A stretch of DNA of 64,000 bases from an uncultured Candidatus Saccharibacteria bacterium (GCA_964417855.1 CAYQJB010000001.1:230709-294708); one strand, 5' to 3'; positions 47,313-57,428 are shown, numbered from the stretch's first letter. The notes: generated from the sequence alone by a model not told the origin. Program-made: numbers and translations.

Positions 47313-48671
47313 ATGGAAGAAATAATTGCTTTAGCTAAAAGACGTGGATTTATATACCAAGGTTCTGAGATATATGGAGGTCTTGCTGGTACATGGGATT
47401 ATGGCCATTTGGGCCTAGCTCTTAAAAACAACATCAAAGCTCTTTGGTGGAAGCGTTTTGTGCTAGATAGAGAAGATATGTATGGAGTTGACGCTGCCAT
47501 TTTAATGAATCAAAATGTTTGGAAGGCGAGCGGTCACGTTGCTGGATTCTTTGACCCACTTGTTGATGACCTAAAGACAAATAAAAGATACAGAGCTGAC
47601 TCATTGCTTGAGGAAGCGGGCCTTAGTATTAAAGGTATGTCTATTGAAGACATGAATAATCTAATTAAGGAGAAGGGGATTAAAAGCCCAGAAGGCAATC
47701 CTCTTGGAGAAGTTAGACAATTTAGAATGATGTTCACTACTCACGTTGGGGCAAATCAAGATGAAGATTCAGTTTCATACTTACGTCCTGAAACAGCACA
47801 AGGAATGTTTGTAAACTTCAAAAATATTATAGACTCATTTCATCCAAAGCTTCCTTTTGGAATGGCACAAATTGGTAAGGCATTCAGAAATGAGATTGCA
47901 CCAAGAGATTTTATATTTAGAACTCGTGAGTTTGAGCAAATGGAAATAGAGTATTTTGTTTATCCTGTTGCCTGGGAGGTTTCCTTTGAGCTTTTTAGAA
48001 AAGAAATGCATGCCTTTGCCTCAGATGTTGGTCTGAATCCTGCAAAAGTTCATGAGCTGGAAATTGCGCCTGAAGACCTTGCTCACTATTCAAAAAGAAC
48101 AATAGACTTTGAGTTTGATTTCCCAATGGGAAGGAAAGAGCTGTACGGTCTAGCTTACAGAACTGATTTTGACCTTAAGAGTCACACAAATGCTTCAAAG
48201 GTAGATCTTTCTTTTTTCGATGAGGAAACAAAAGAACGTTTTTTTCCACACTGTATTGAGCCATCGCTTGGAGTAGACAGAACTGTTCTTGCTGTGCTAA
48301 CAGATGCATATTCAGAAGATATTGTGGGTGAAGAAAAAAGGGTTTATATGAAGATTTCTCCTAAAATCTCCCCTGTGTTAATTGCTGTCTTTCCACTCTT
48401 GAAGAATAAGCCTCAATTAGTTGAAAAGGCAAGAGAAATTTATAGTACATTAAGAAAAGCTTTTCCTGGAAGAATAATGTTTGATGATAATGGAAATATT
48501 GGAAAGAGATACAGAAGACAAGACGAAATAGGAACTCCTTATTGTATAACTGTTGATTTTGATACCTTAGAAAAGGATCAAAAAGTGACTCTAAGATATA
48601 GAGATTCAGCCTTACAGGACAGGCTTTCAATGGAGCAAATAATGGATGTTATTAAAGATACTTTGCAGTAG
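47313..48671 (+). CDS. glyQS: Glycine--tRNA ligase (alpha2 dimeric type)
   Basis: N-terminus MEEIIALAKRRGFIYQGSEIYGGLAGTWDYGHLG and class II motifs. Confidence 0.9.
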   Translation: MEEIIALAKRRGFIYQGSEIYGGLAGTWDYGHLGLALKNNIKALWWKRFVLDREDMYGVDAAILMNQNVWKASGHVAGFFDPLVDDLKTNKRYRADSLLEEAGLSIKGMSIEDMNNLIKEKGIKSPEGNPLGEVRQFRMMFTTHVGANQDEDSVSYLRPETAQGMFVNFKNIIDSFHPKLPFGMAQIGKAFRNEIAPRDFIFRTREFEQMEIEYFVYPVAWEVSFELFRKEMHAFASDVGLNPAKVHELEIAPEDLAHYSKRTIDFEFDFPMGRKELYGLAYRTDFDLKSHTNASKVDLSFFDEETKERFFPHCIEPSLGVDRTVLAVLTDAYSEDIVGEEKRVYMKISPKISPVLIAVFPLLKNKPQLVEKAREIYSTLRKAFPGRIMFDDNGNIGKRYRRQDEIGTPYCITVDFDTLEKDQKVTLRYRDSALQDRLSMEQIMDVIKDTLQ

Positions 48672-48697
48672 AGTTAATCTAGTGGTATTCTGTAGAT

Positions 48698-49771
48698 GTG
48701 CCTGATAAAAGTAATTCGTTAAATATAAAAATAAGCTTTAAAACTCTATTTAAGATAGCTGCTTTTTTGCTTGGTATTTATTTTCTTTATCTTCTAAGAG
48801 GGCTTGGTTTGGTCATCCTTACTGGAGTTGTTATTGCTTCAGTTATAGAACCTGCTGTTAAGTGGTTTGTTAAAAGAAACATACCAAGAGTGCTTTCTGC
48901 AATACTTGTGTATGCATTGATTATTGGGGCTGTTGCTGGGATGTTTACTTTTGTTATACCGCCTCTTTTGGGAGAAATGGTCTCAGCTATAAGTAGTGTT
49001 CCAAAATATGTAAAGACAATAGATATATTTACACCAATAAACAGAAGTGCATATAGTGGAACAAAACTTCTATTCCCTGATATACCAAGCACTATTTCAG
49101 TAGGAGATATAATCTCAAACATAACAGACACTATCTCTACCTTCTCGGGAGGAATGTTTGATACAGTTGCTGGATTCTTCGGAGGAATCATTAGTGCTGT
49201 ACTTATGATGGTTATTGCATTCTACTTGTCAGTTAGAGAAGACGGTGTGGGGGAGTTCCTATCCATCGTTACTCCGCCTGAATATGAAAGATACGTAAGA
49301 GGTTTGTGGCAACGTGCGGAGAACAAAATTGCACGATGGATGCAAGGGCAACTCGCTCTTGGGTTAGTCGTGTTTATATTTATATACATAGGTCTACTTA
49401 TAATTGGTGTTAAGCACCCGCTACTTCTTGCTTTGGTTGCTGGGGTATTTGAATTAATCCCCGTAATTGGAATGACAATTTCTGCAATTCCAGCTTTCTT
49501 CCTGGGGGTACTAGATGGTGGTATTGGTGTTGGACTTTTCATACTAGGCTTATATTTTGTTGTGCAACAATTAGAGGCTCATGTTGTATATCCATTAGTT
49601 GTTAAAAAATTAATTGGTGTTCCACCACTTTTGGTTATTATCTCACTTGTTGCGGGGGCTGAGCTCGCTGGAATTGTAGGTGCACTTCTTGCTGTGCCTG
49701 TATCTGTTGCGCTCATGGAATACATAGATGATGTAGAAAGACGCAAGAAAGATGCTTTAGTAAAAGAATAG
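48698..49771 (+). CDS. AI-2E (PerM/UPF0118) family membrane transporter
   Basis: Eight transmembrane helices and family-typical spacing. The call rests on overall pattern only. Confidence 0.5.
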   Translation: MPDKSNSLNIKISFKTLFKIAAFLLGIYFLYLLRGLGLVILTGVVIASVIEPAVKWFVKRNIPRVLSAILVYALIIGAVAGMFTFVIPPLLGEMVSAISSVPKYVKTIDIFTPINRSAYSGTKLLFPDIPSTISVGDIISNITDTISTFSGGMFDTVAGFFGGIISAVLMMVIAFYLSVREDGVGEFLSIVTPPEYERYVRGLWQRAENKIARWMQGQLALGLVVFIFIYIGLLIIGVKHPLLLALVAGVFELIPVIGMTISAIPAFFLGVLDGGIGVGLFILGLYFVVQQLEAHVVYPLVVKKLIGVPPLLVIISLVAGAELAGIVGALLAVPVSVALMEYIDDVERRKKDALVKE

Positions 49772-49828
49772 AGACAGTATCAATAGAAAAGATTGAGTTA
49801 GCAGGGAATAAAGATTAAGAATAAACCG

Positions 49829-51310
49829 ATGACACAGAATAAAAAAACTTTTTACATCACCACAACATTACCTTATGTTAATGGTGATCCACATATAGGA
49901 TTTGCATTAGAAATTATTAGAGCTGATGTTATCGCTAGGTACAAAAAAGCCCTAGGCTATGATGTATTTTTTAATACAGGAACAGATGAACATGGTCTTA
50001 AGCTTTACGAAGCTGCAAAAGAAAAAGTGGTAGATATAATGGACTATTTGGATGAAGTGTCAGCAAAGTATAGAAATATTTTAACGGAATTGGATATTTC
50101 CGAGGATATTCATTTTATAAGAACAACGGATGAGCATCATAAAAAAAGTGCTCAAGCCCTTTGGAATAGAGTGTTTGAAAATGGTTATATCTATAAGAAA
50201 AACTATCAAACAAAGTACTGTGTAGGTTGTGAGGAGAATAAGACTGATTCAGAGTTAGAGGAAGGAAAATGCCCATTGCATCCTAATCGTCAAATTGAAT
50301 TGATCGATGAAGAGAATTATTTCTTCAAGCTTTCCGCTCTTCAAGATGATCTATTTACGCTTTTTGAGTCTAATCCAGAAATTGTGGTACCAGAAACTAG
50401 ATTAAATGAAATGAGAGGTTTTGTTAAAAGAGGCCTTGAGGATTTTAGTATTTCAAGATTGAAATCAAAAATGCCTTGGGGAATAGACGTGCCAGGGGAT
50501 GAGAATCAAGTTATGTATGTTTGGTTTGATGCTCTTACAAATTATATCTCAACATTAGGATGGCCTGAAAATGAGGGCGATGAGTTGGGAGATTTTAATA
50601 AATACTGGGTTAATGGAACACCTGTTCAATATTGTGGAAAAGACAATACCAGATTCCAGTCTATTACATGGCAATCAATGCTTTTAGCTGCTGGCTTGCC
50701 TACAACCCATAAAATTATAATAAACGGTTGGATAACTGGAGAGGGTGGAGTGAAGATGTCTAAATCGTTAGGTAATGTTATAAACCCATCAGACATTTGC
50801 TCAGAATTTAGCGCAGATGCTTTGAGGTTTTTTGTAACAAAAGAGTTACAGCCTTTTGAAGACTCACCTTTTACAGTAAGTAAATTTAAAGAAATTTATA
50901 ATGCTCACCTAGCAAATGGTATTGGTAATTTGGTTTCCAGAATGATGAAGATGGCAACTTCTTATGAAGCAAAGCTTAGTGAGGATGAAATAATGGCAGT
51001 TCGTGAATCTGTGGATATTTTGAATGGTAGGGAAGATAAAAATATTGAGGCCTTTAGATTAGACCTGTATGTTCAAGATATTTTCGATGAATTTACAAAA
51101 CTAGATCAATTTATTCAAAAAGAAGCACCTTTTAAGAAGTTTAAAATAGATCCGGAGGCAGCCAAAAAAGATTTAATATATTTACAGGAGCAATTATTGG
51201 CCGGAGCCTATAAACTATCTATCATAATGCCAAAGACCTCAGAAGTTATTGTTGATTGTATAGTGAATCATAAAATGCCAGAAGCACCTTTGTTTCTAAG
51301 AAAAGACTAA
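49829..51310 (+). CDS. metG: Methionine--tRNA ligase
   Basis: FYITTTLPYVNGDPHIGFALEIIRADVIARYKK (HIGH region) and KMSKSLGN. Confidence 0.9.
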   Translation: MTQNKKTFYITTTLPYVNGDPHIGFALEIIRADVIARYKKALGYDVFFNTGTDEHGLKLYEAAKEKVVDIMDYLDEVSAKYRNILTELDISEDIHFIRTTDEHHKKSAQALWNRVFENGYIYKKNYQTKYCVGCEENKTDSELEEGKCPLHPNRQIELIDEENYFFKLSALQDDLFTLFESNPEIVVPETRLNEMRGFVKRGLEDFSISRLKSKMPWGIDVPGDENQVMYVWFDALTNYISTLGWPENEGDELGDFNKYWVNGTPVQYCGKDNTRFQSITWQSMLLAAGLPTTHKIIINGWITGEGGVKMSKSLGNVINPSDICSEFSADALRFFVTKELQPFEDSPFTVSKFKEIYNAHLANGIGNLVSRMMKMATSYEAKLSEDEIMAVRESVDILNGREDKNIEAFRLDLYVQDIFDEFTKLDQFIQKEAPFKKFKIDPEAAKKDLIYLQEQLLAGAYKLSIIMPKTSEVIVDCIVNHKMPEAPLFLRKD

Positions 51311-51320
51311 TTTCTAAAAC

Positions 51321-52160
51321 ATGGAATTTCAATATATAGATATTCACGCACATGTAAACTCGTCAGAATTTGATAATGACAGAGACGAGGTTATTACGAG
51401 GTCGTTAGATGAAAGTGTGTATGTTGTTAATGTGGGGACTGATATAGAATCTTCTAAACAGGCTGTTTTAATAGCTGAAAAATATGAAGAAGGCGTTTAT
51501 GCCATAGTTGGCATTCACCCGCACGAGGTTATGAATCTTGAAAAGGGAGGTTTGATAGAAAGCACATTGGCAGAACTAAAAGAGATAGCTAGGAATCCTA
51601 AAGTTATTGGAATAGGGGAATGCGGTTTAGATTTCTTTAAAATGGAGGAGTATAACAAGGATGTTTTAAATGAAGCTGGAGAAGTTGATGTGAAAAAAAT
51701 AAAATCAGTTCAGGAGAGGGTTTTTAGGGGGCAAATTGATATTTCACTAGAGTTAGACAAACCTTTAATGCTACATTCAAGGGAAAGCTACGGCAAAACT
51801 TTAGGAATTCTTTATGAATATACAACCCTCCCTAGTGTAAGGTTACGAGGGGATGCACACTTCTTTGCTGGTTCATTAGAACAAGCATTGGCATTCATTA
51901 GTTACGGATTCACGATATCATTCACGGGTGTCATAACGTTTGCTAAAAATTACGAGGAAATAATCAAGGGAATTCCTCTAAATAAGATTCTTTCTGAGAC
52001 AGACTGTCCTTATGTAGCACCGATACCTTTCAGGGGTAAAAGGGCAGAACCTGTTCATGTTAAGTTGGTAGTTCAAAAAATTGCTGAAATTAAGGGAATT
52101 TCAACAGAAGAAGCACGAGAGCAAATAGAAAAGAACGTAAAAGAGATGTTTTTTAGCTAG
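51321..52160 (+). CDS. tatD: TatD-family metal-dependent DNase/hydrolase
   Basis: YIDIHAHVNS, GECGLDF and later conserved His/Asp residues. Confidence 0.85.
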   Translation: MEFQYIDIHAHVNSSEFDNDRDEVITRSLDESVYVVNVGTDIESSKQAVLIAEKYEEGVYAIVGIHPHEVMNLEKGGLIESTLAELKEIARNPKVIGIGECGLDFFKMEEYNKDVLNEAGEVDVKKIKSVQERVFRGQIDISLELDKPLMLHSRESYGKTLGILYEYTTLPSVRLRGDAHFFAGSLEQALAFISYGFTISFTGVITFAKNYEEIIKGIPLNKILSETDCPYVAPIPFRGKRAEPVHVKLVVQKIAEIKGISTEEAREQIEKNVKEMFFS

Positions 52161-52258
52161 ATTTGAAGTTGGGAGGTAGATTTTGGTTAAAAACCTAAAT
52201 TATAGGTATTCGACCCCAGACCGTTGCTCATCCTGGCCTTTTGTGTTAATCTTCTGGC

Positions 52259-52822
52259 ATGGCAAAAAAAGTTGAACTTATACAAGAGGACCAACAGCTT
52301 GAAAACAGAGTATATGAACTCGGTTTTCACTTCATCCCTACAATTGCGGAGGATGAGGTCGCTGTACAGTTCTCGCACCTTAAGTCACTTATTGAGAAGC
52401 GCGGAGGACAATTTATCGCAGAAGAAATGCCTAAATTTAAAAACCTTGCGTATCCAATAAGCACGACAAATAAGGGTCAGAAGAAAAATCATTTAGCATC
52501 ATATTTTGGATGGGTTAAATTTGAAATTAATCCAGAAGAGGTAATTGCGTTAGAAAAAGAGATAAAGGCTTTTGCCACAATGCTCAGATTTCTATTGATT
52601 AAGACTGTAAAAGAAAATACATTTCTTGGAGCAGTTGCAGAAATTAAGGCAGATTCATCAAGAGCTGTTAAGGCCGCTGATGAGGTTGCAGAAAGCGTAA
52701 TTTCAGAGGAAGTTGCCACAGCTGTAGAAGCTAGTGATGCAACATCAAATGAAGCTATTGCTGAAGCTGTTGCAGAAGAAGTTATTGATACTGAGAAGGT
52801 AGGTGATATCGCAACTGAATAA
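52259..52822 (+). CDS. rpsF: 30S ribosomal protein S6 with a long acidic or Ala-rich C-terminal extension
   Basis: YELGFHFIP...LAYPI pattern of S6. Gene order is S6-SSB-S18. Confidence 0.7.
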   Translation: MAKKVELIQEDQQLENRVYELGFHFIPTIAEDEVAVQFSHLKSLIEKRGGQFIAEEMPKFKNLAYPISTTNKGQKKNHLASYFGWVKFEINPEEVIALEKEIKAFATMLRFLLIKTVKENTFLGAVAEIKADSSRAVKAADEVAESVISEEVATAVEASDATSNEAIAEAVAEEVIDTEKVGDIATE

Positions 52823-52888
52823 GCGGTCCAGAAGGATCACTTACGGGGTGACGTATTAATCAAACTAATAAGTATTATATAAATCACT

Positions 52889-53377
52889 ATGTATTTAAAC
52901 AAAGCGTTTGTTATCGGAAATCTTACTCGTGATCCAGAGCTTAAGGCTTTGCCATCAGGAATGAGTGTTACATCTTTCTCTGTTGCAACAAATAGAGTTT
53001 GGAAAGATAAAGATGGTTCAAAGCAAGAAGCTGCAGATTATCACAATATTGTGGTATTCGGCCGCCAAGCAGAAACATCAGCTCAGTACTTAAAGAAGGG
53101 AAGTAGTGTCCTTGTAGAAGGCAGAATGCAAACTCGTTCATGGGATGGAGCAGATGGTAAAAAGCTGTACAGAACAGAAGTTATCGCTGACAATATTCAA
53201 TTTGGATCAAGAGCAGGAGATGCTGGAAGTACTGGATCTTTTGGAAACGGGGGATCAGAGGCAAAGGCCCCATCTGCATTTGCAAAGAAGGCTGATGATA
53301 CTGGTAACGCACTAAATCAATTAGATTCAATAGAATATCCAGAGGAGGAAATAAATCCTGAAGATATCCCATTCTAA
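52889..53377 (+). CDS. ssb: Single-stranded DNA-binding protein
   Basis: OB-fold LNKAFVIGNLTRDPEL...YHNIVVFGRQAE and the acidic C-terminal tail ending DIPF. Confidence 0.9.
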   Translation: MYLNKAFVIGNLTRDPELKALPSGMSVTSFSVATNRVWKDKDGSKQEAADYHNIVVFGRQAETSAQYLKKGSSVLVEGRMQTRSWDGADGKKLYRTEVIADNIQFGSRAGDAGSTGSFGNGGSEAKAPSAFAKKADDTGNALNQLDSIEYPEEEINPEDIPF

Positions 53378-53410
53378 TCCGGTTACTTAAAGGATAATTA
53401 AATTAAAAAT

Positions 53411-53614
53411 ATGACAAAACATTGTTATTTCTCACAAAACAACATCAAGCATGTTGACTATAAAGATACAGAGCTTCTAAAGAAGTTTCTTAATCCTCAC
53501 GCTAGACTTCTTTCAAGAAAGAAAACTGGTGTTAGTGCTAAAAGTCAACGTAAACTAGCGTTAGCAGTCAAGAGAGCAAGATACATGGCTATATTGCCAT
53601 TCATCGCTCAATAG
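53411..53614 (+). CDS. rpsR: 30S ribosomal protein S18
   Basis: KKFLNPHARLLSRKKTGVSAKSQRKLALAVKRARYMAILPF. Confidence 0.85.
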   Translation: MTKHCYFSQNNIKHVDYKDTELLKKFLNPHARLLSRKKTGVSAKSQRKLALAVKRARYMAILPFIAQ

Positions 53615-53666
53615 GCTGAATAAGCCCAAATAGGGCTATGCGCAAGGTGATGTTGGAGACAAGACA

Positions 53667-53710
53667 AAAGCCGCAATCCATTATGGATTGCGGCTTTTGT
53701 TTTGTTTGGA
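53667..53710. terminator. Bidirectional terminator between rpsR and efp
   Basis: AAAAGCCGCAATCCA-TTA-TGGATTGCGGCTTTT followed by GTTTTG. Confidence 0.7.
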
Positions 53711-53761
53711 CTAACTGTGTGTTTGTTCACACCTCCGATCCTTCGACCGACTTTTTGAACC

Positions 53762-54325
53762 CTATTTAACGCGCTCTACGTATTCTCCTGTTTCAGTGTT
53801 GATTCTAACCGTATCTCCTTCAACAACGAACATTGGTACGTTTAGTCCAGCCCCTGTCTCAAGAACCACTAGCTTGTTTCCACTTTTTGATGAATCTCCA
53901 CGAAGTACAGGAGGAGCTTCCTTAACTAGTAGCTCAACCTTTATAGGTAGCTTTACATTAAAGATGTGTTCATTAAAGATTGAGGCTTCAACAATTGAGT
54001 TTGGCTTTAAGAATTTTCCACTGTTTCCAAGGACACTTTCATCAATCTTAAAACGAGCTGCTGGATTGTTCTCTTCACAAAACCACCATTCTCCTTTATT
54101 TGCATATAGAAACTTGATTTTTTTTGTATCGATCTCAGCTGTGTGAACCTTGTCAGTAGCACCAAAAGAGTGCTCGACAATTCTTCCGTTTAATAAATTT
54201 CTTAACTTAGTATCGTTAACTGGCTTTCTCATTTGCTTTCTGAAAATATGAGAACTCATAACTTCATAAGGCTCACCCTCGAAAACGATAAACTTCCTAA
54301 CTGTAATTTCATTATAATCGTACAT
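53762..54325 (-). CDS. efp: Elongation factor P
   Basis: About 187 aa. KPVNDTKLRNLLNGRIVEHSF matches the EF-P KPGKG...KLKNLLTG region. Confidence 0.75.
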   Translation of the reverse strand: MYDYNEITVRKFIVFEGEPYEVMSSHIFRKQMRKPVNDTKLRNLLNGRIVEHSFGATDKVHTAEIDTKKIKFLYANKGEWWFCEENNPAARFKIDESVLGNSGKFLKPNSIVEASIFNEHIFNVKLPIKVELLVKEAPPVLRGDSSKSGNKLVVLETGAGLNVPMFVVEGDTVRINTETGEYVERVK

Positions 54326-54466
54326 AATATGGCCATTGTAGACTATTAAAGAGGGGATGTCTATGCCATATCTGTACGTGAATAGACCTCAGAGATATCT
54401 AAAAATATTGTATTTCTTTATAAATTCTTTATGAAAACTGAAGAGTTGTTCTGATAGTATTTAGAG

Positions 54467-54865
54467 ATGTTCAAAAAATTTATAGATTGGATGCATAGTA
54501 AGAAAAGAATTGACTCAAAAGAAAGGGCCGAAACGGTTATTAAAGAAAGAGAGGTCTACTGGTGTTCCCTAGGAGAAAATATTGGTGATGAAGAAAATGG
54601 TAAAGGCACGGTGTTTCGTAGGCCTGTACTAATATTTAAAAAATTTAACAACCGTATTTTTTGGGGAATACCAATGAGTACGAAAAACAAGGTAAACATT
54701 TACTATTTAAAAGTAAAACTAAGAGACATGGAGCAGTCAGTAATGCTTTCCCAGTTGAGGATTTTGGATACTAAAAGACTCGATACAAAAATAGGATATC
54801 TATCTGAAGGTGATTTTATAAAAATACAAAATTCTATAATGGATATTATAAAAAATAAACGTTAA
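54467..54865 (+). CDS. MazF/PemK-family endoribonuclease toxin, copy 1, with no adjacent antitoxin ORF
   Basis: EVYWCSLGENIGDEENGKG...RRPVLIF...GIPMSTK...VMLSQLRILDTKRLDTKIGYLSEGDF aligns with B. subtilis EndoA/MazF (VRPVLVI...ILLEQIRTIDKQRLTDKITHLDDEMM). Confidence 0.75.
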   Translation: MFKKFIDWMHSKKRIDSKERAETVIKEREVYWCSLGENIGDEENGKGTVFRRPVLIFKKFNNRIFWGIPMSTKNKVNIYYLKVKLRDMEQSVMLSQLRILDTKRLDTKIGYLSEGDFIKIQNSIMDIIKNKR

Positions 54866-54951
54866 GCCCGAGCTCTTTTGGAGCTCGGGCGTACGGGATA
54901 ACCCATTTGTACTTATAGTTTATCAAATAATTTTTGCTTGTCAAATTTTGC
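54866..54951. repeat. Conserved 3' element after MazF copy 1: a hairpin plus an approximately 57-nt segment repeated after copy 2
   Basis: GCCCGAGCTC-TTTTG-GAGCTCGGGC, then GGGATAACCCATTTGTACTTATAGTTTATCAAATAATTTTTGCTTGTCAAATTTTGC. On the minus strand this reads TTGACA-N16-TAAACT. Confidence 0.6.
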
Positions 54952-55061
54952 TGGTTCTACAAGCGTTATGTGGTGTATGGGCGACTGGTAAATATATTTT
55001 ATCTTCGGATTTTCTTTAACTTTTCTTTCAAGAAATAACAGTGCTGGCTTGTTAATATACT

Positions 55062-55454
55062 TTGATGTTTAAAAAATTCACAGAATGGATTCATGCAAAG
55101 ATTAATATCGATGAAAAAGAAAGAAAATCTCAAATTAAAGTAATGGAAGTATATTGGTGTGCTCTAGGTGAGAATATAGGTGATGAAGAGAACGGAAAAG
55201 GGGATGATTTTTGCCGCCCTGTCTTAGTGTTTAAGAAGTTTAATAATAATATATTTTGGGGTATACCCATGAGTACTAAAGAGAAAGAGAGCATTTATTA
55301 TATAAAGGTCAGGCTTTTGGACTCTGTGCGGTCCGTAATGATTTCTCAGGTTAGAACTTTAGATACAAAAAGGTTGCTTAAAAAGATAGGCTATATATCA
55401 AGGGCAGATTTTACAATCGTACAAGACGCAGTAATCGGAATCATAAAAAACTAA
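55062..55454 (+). CDS. MazF/PemK-family endoribonuclease toxin, copy 2
   Basis: Paralog of 54467..54865: EVYWCALGENIGDEENGKG...CRPVLVF...GIPMSTK...VMISQVRTLDTKRLLKKIGYISRADF. Confidence 0.75.
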   Translation: MMFKKFTEWIHAKINIDEKERKSQIKVMEVYWCALGENIGDEENGKGDDFCRPVLVFKKFNNNIFWGIPMSTKEKESIYYIKVRLLDSVRSVMISQVRTLDTKRLLKKIGYISRADFTIVQDAVIGIIKN

Positions 55455-55462
55455 TTTTTTAT

Positions 55463-55547
55463 CCGCGCCTTTTTACAGCGCGGACGGTCGGAATAATCCA
55501 TTTGTAACTAAAGTTTATCAAATAATTTTTGCTTGTCAAACTTTACT
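55463..55547. repeat. Conserved 3' element after MazF copy 2
   Basis: A different hairpin (CCGCGC-CTTTTTACA-GCGCGG), then CGGAATAATCCATTTGTAACTAAAGTTTATCAAATAATTTTTGCTTGTCAAACTTTAC. About 88% identical to the copy-1 element, including the minus-strand TTGACA and TAAACT. Confidence 0.6.
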
Positions 55548-55699
55548 TTGCGTAATGTTTCTAAAATTATTATTTACACAAGAAGTTCATTTGAGTAGGT
55601 GATTAATAAAAAAAGCGCCAAATTAATGACGCTTTTTATATTTAGAATACTTACATTGCACAGACTGGCTAGTCTAGGTTCGGTATCACAATGTTACTC

Positions 55700-56956
55700 C
55701 TAAAGCTCCTTCAAATGGTCTCTAATCTTCTTCAAAATTTCATTACTAATTTTTGAGTTAGATTTTAAGAACTGACGAGTAGCATCATATCCACGTCCTA
55801 GTTTTTCATCGCCATAAGCGTAACTTGTTCCACTCTTTGTAATTATTTTTAGTTTCTCACCAAGTGCAATAAGCTCACCCTCTCTTGAAATTCCTTCATT
55901 GTACATAAGATCAAATTCTGTCTGTCTAAAAGGTGCAGCAACCTTGTTCTTTACAACCTTAACACGAACACGTCCTCCCATTATTTCTTCGCCTTTTTTA
56001 ATCTGAGCAATTCTTCTAATATCTAATCTAACAGAAGTATAGAACTTCAATGCCTTTCCACCTGGTGTTGTCTCTGGATTACCAAACATAACTCCAATTT
56101 GCATTCTAATCTGATTAATAAAGATAACAATTGTTTTACTTCTTGCAACAATGGCTGTTAGTTTTCTAAGTGCCTGTGACATAAGTCTTGCTTGTTTACC
56201 CATATGAGATGCACCCATATCTCCTTCAATTTCATCTTTTGGAGTAAGAGCTGCAACAGAGTCAATAACAATAACGTCGAGCTTTCCTGATCTCACAAGA
56301 CTCTCAACAATCTCCAATGCCTGCTCTCCGGTGTCTGGTTGTGATATTAAAAGTTCATCAATTTGAACACCAAGTCTTTTTGCATACTCTGGGTCCATTG
56401 CATGTTCTGCATCAATGAAAGCACAAATACCATCTTTCTTTTGAGCTTCTGCAATAACATGAAGTGAAAGAGTAGTCTTTCCTGACGATTCTGGCCCAAA
56501 GATTTCTATGATTCTTCCTCTAGGAAGTCCTCCTACGCCAAGCGCAGCATCCAACCCAATTGATCCTGTTGAAATTGCATTAACATCAACTCTTGGTTTT
56601 TCTCCAAGGCGCATAATTGCGTCATCGCCAAACTTAGTTTTAATTTGAGCAATAGTATCTTTGATAGAAGAATTTAAATCTCTATCCTTGCTTGCTTTTT
56701 TCTTTGAACCAAAAGATGAACCTGAGCCAGATGATAGTAATGAAGAAAGGGAAGGGGAGTCAGACTTTTCTTCGTCCTTTTCCGCCTCCTCATTATTTTC
56801 ATCATCTGTTGCAACAGCTTGCTTTACATCAGCTGCTGTAGTTTTTTTCTTCACCTCCTCCTTATCAGCTTTCTTTACCTTCACTTCCTCAGGTTTTTTA
56901 CCAGCTACTTTTTTGTCATCAGCTTTCTTTTCCGGAACTATTTTTTTGTTTACCAT
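55700..56956 (-). CDS. recA: Recombinase RecA with an N-terminal Lys/Glu-rich low-complexity extension of about 90 aa
   Basis: [20 protein letters not shown] (Walker A), [18 protein letters not shown] and [20 protein letters not shown]. The conserved core begins at ...[18 protein letters not shown]. Confidence 0.9.
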   Translation of the reverse strand: MVNKKIVPEKKADDKKVAGKKPEEVKVKKADKEEVKKKTTAADVKQAVATDDENNEEAEKDEEKSDSPSLSSLLSSGSGSSFGSKKKASKDRDLNSSIKDTIAQIKTKFGDDAIMRLGEKPRVDVNAISTGSIGLDAALGVGGLPRGRIIEIFGPESSGKTTLSLHVIAEAQKKDGICAFIDAEHAMDPEYAKRLGVQIDELLISQPDTGEQALEIVESLVRSGKLDVIVIDSVAALTPKDEIEGDMGASHMGKQARLMSQALRKLTAIVARSKTIVIFINQIRMQIGVMFGNPETTPGGKALKFYTSVRLDIRRIAQIKKGEEIMGGRVRVKVVKNKVAAPFRQTEFDLMYNEGISREGELIALGEKLKIITKSGTSYAYGDEKLGRGYDATRQFLKSNSKISNEILKKIRDHLKEL

Positions 56957-57014
56957 AGCATTAAAAAATTTATTGAATTATTTATATTAATTTTCATCCT
57001 GTCTACACGCAGTC

Positions 57015-57428
57015 TTACTTCACGTCCGTTGTTGTACCATCCTTTGTTTCAGTATCTATTTTACCATCCGTATAAACTACTTGAAGCTCCTTTGTTACAT
57101 GGGATCCAAACTTGTCTTTTGCTTCTAGTTTAATGACATTGTATCCAGGGTAGAGAAGTACTTTTTCTTTAAATTGGCCGAACTCATCTATTGGTATTAG
57201 TCTGTCATTCAACATAATTACTGAAACGTTTTTAACTATACCTTTGACGTCTACAGCGCTATTGTTGGCACTAGTTGTGCTTGGACTTTGTATTGTGATT
57301 TGAGGACCACTAATTATTTTTTTTGATTGAAAACCTGCGTAACTTCCTATAACGCAAACAGCAAGGACAATAAGAACATTTCTAATTATTGTTTTACCTT
57401 CCTTAATGTTTTTGCGCGTTCCTATCAT
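57015..57428 (-). CDS. Small membrane-anchored or secreted hypothetical protein
   Basis: One N-terminal transmembrane helix or signal segment and a Thr-rich C-terminus. No family recognised. Confidence 0.35.
   Translation of the reverse strand: MIGTRKNIKEGKTIIRNVLIVLAVCVIGSYAGFQSKKIISGPQITIQSPSTTSANNSAVDVKGIVKNVSVIMLNDRLIPIDEFGQFKEKVLLYPGYNVIKLEAKDKFGSHVTKELQVVYTDGKIDTETKDGTTTDVK

Noticed and set aside
52187-52719. Short ORFs at 52187..52378 (-), 52224..52460 (+) and 52489..52719 (-) around rpsF.
   Set aside because: They overlap the S6 gene or its Ala-rich extension, which produces antisense open frames.
54326-54466. A small antitoxin ORF upstream of MazF copy 1.
   Set aside because: Only 7-25-aa nonsense ORFs are present, for example MSMPYLYVNRPQRYLKILYFFINSL, with no MazE-like character.
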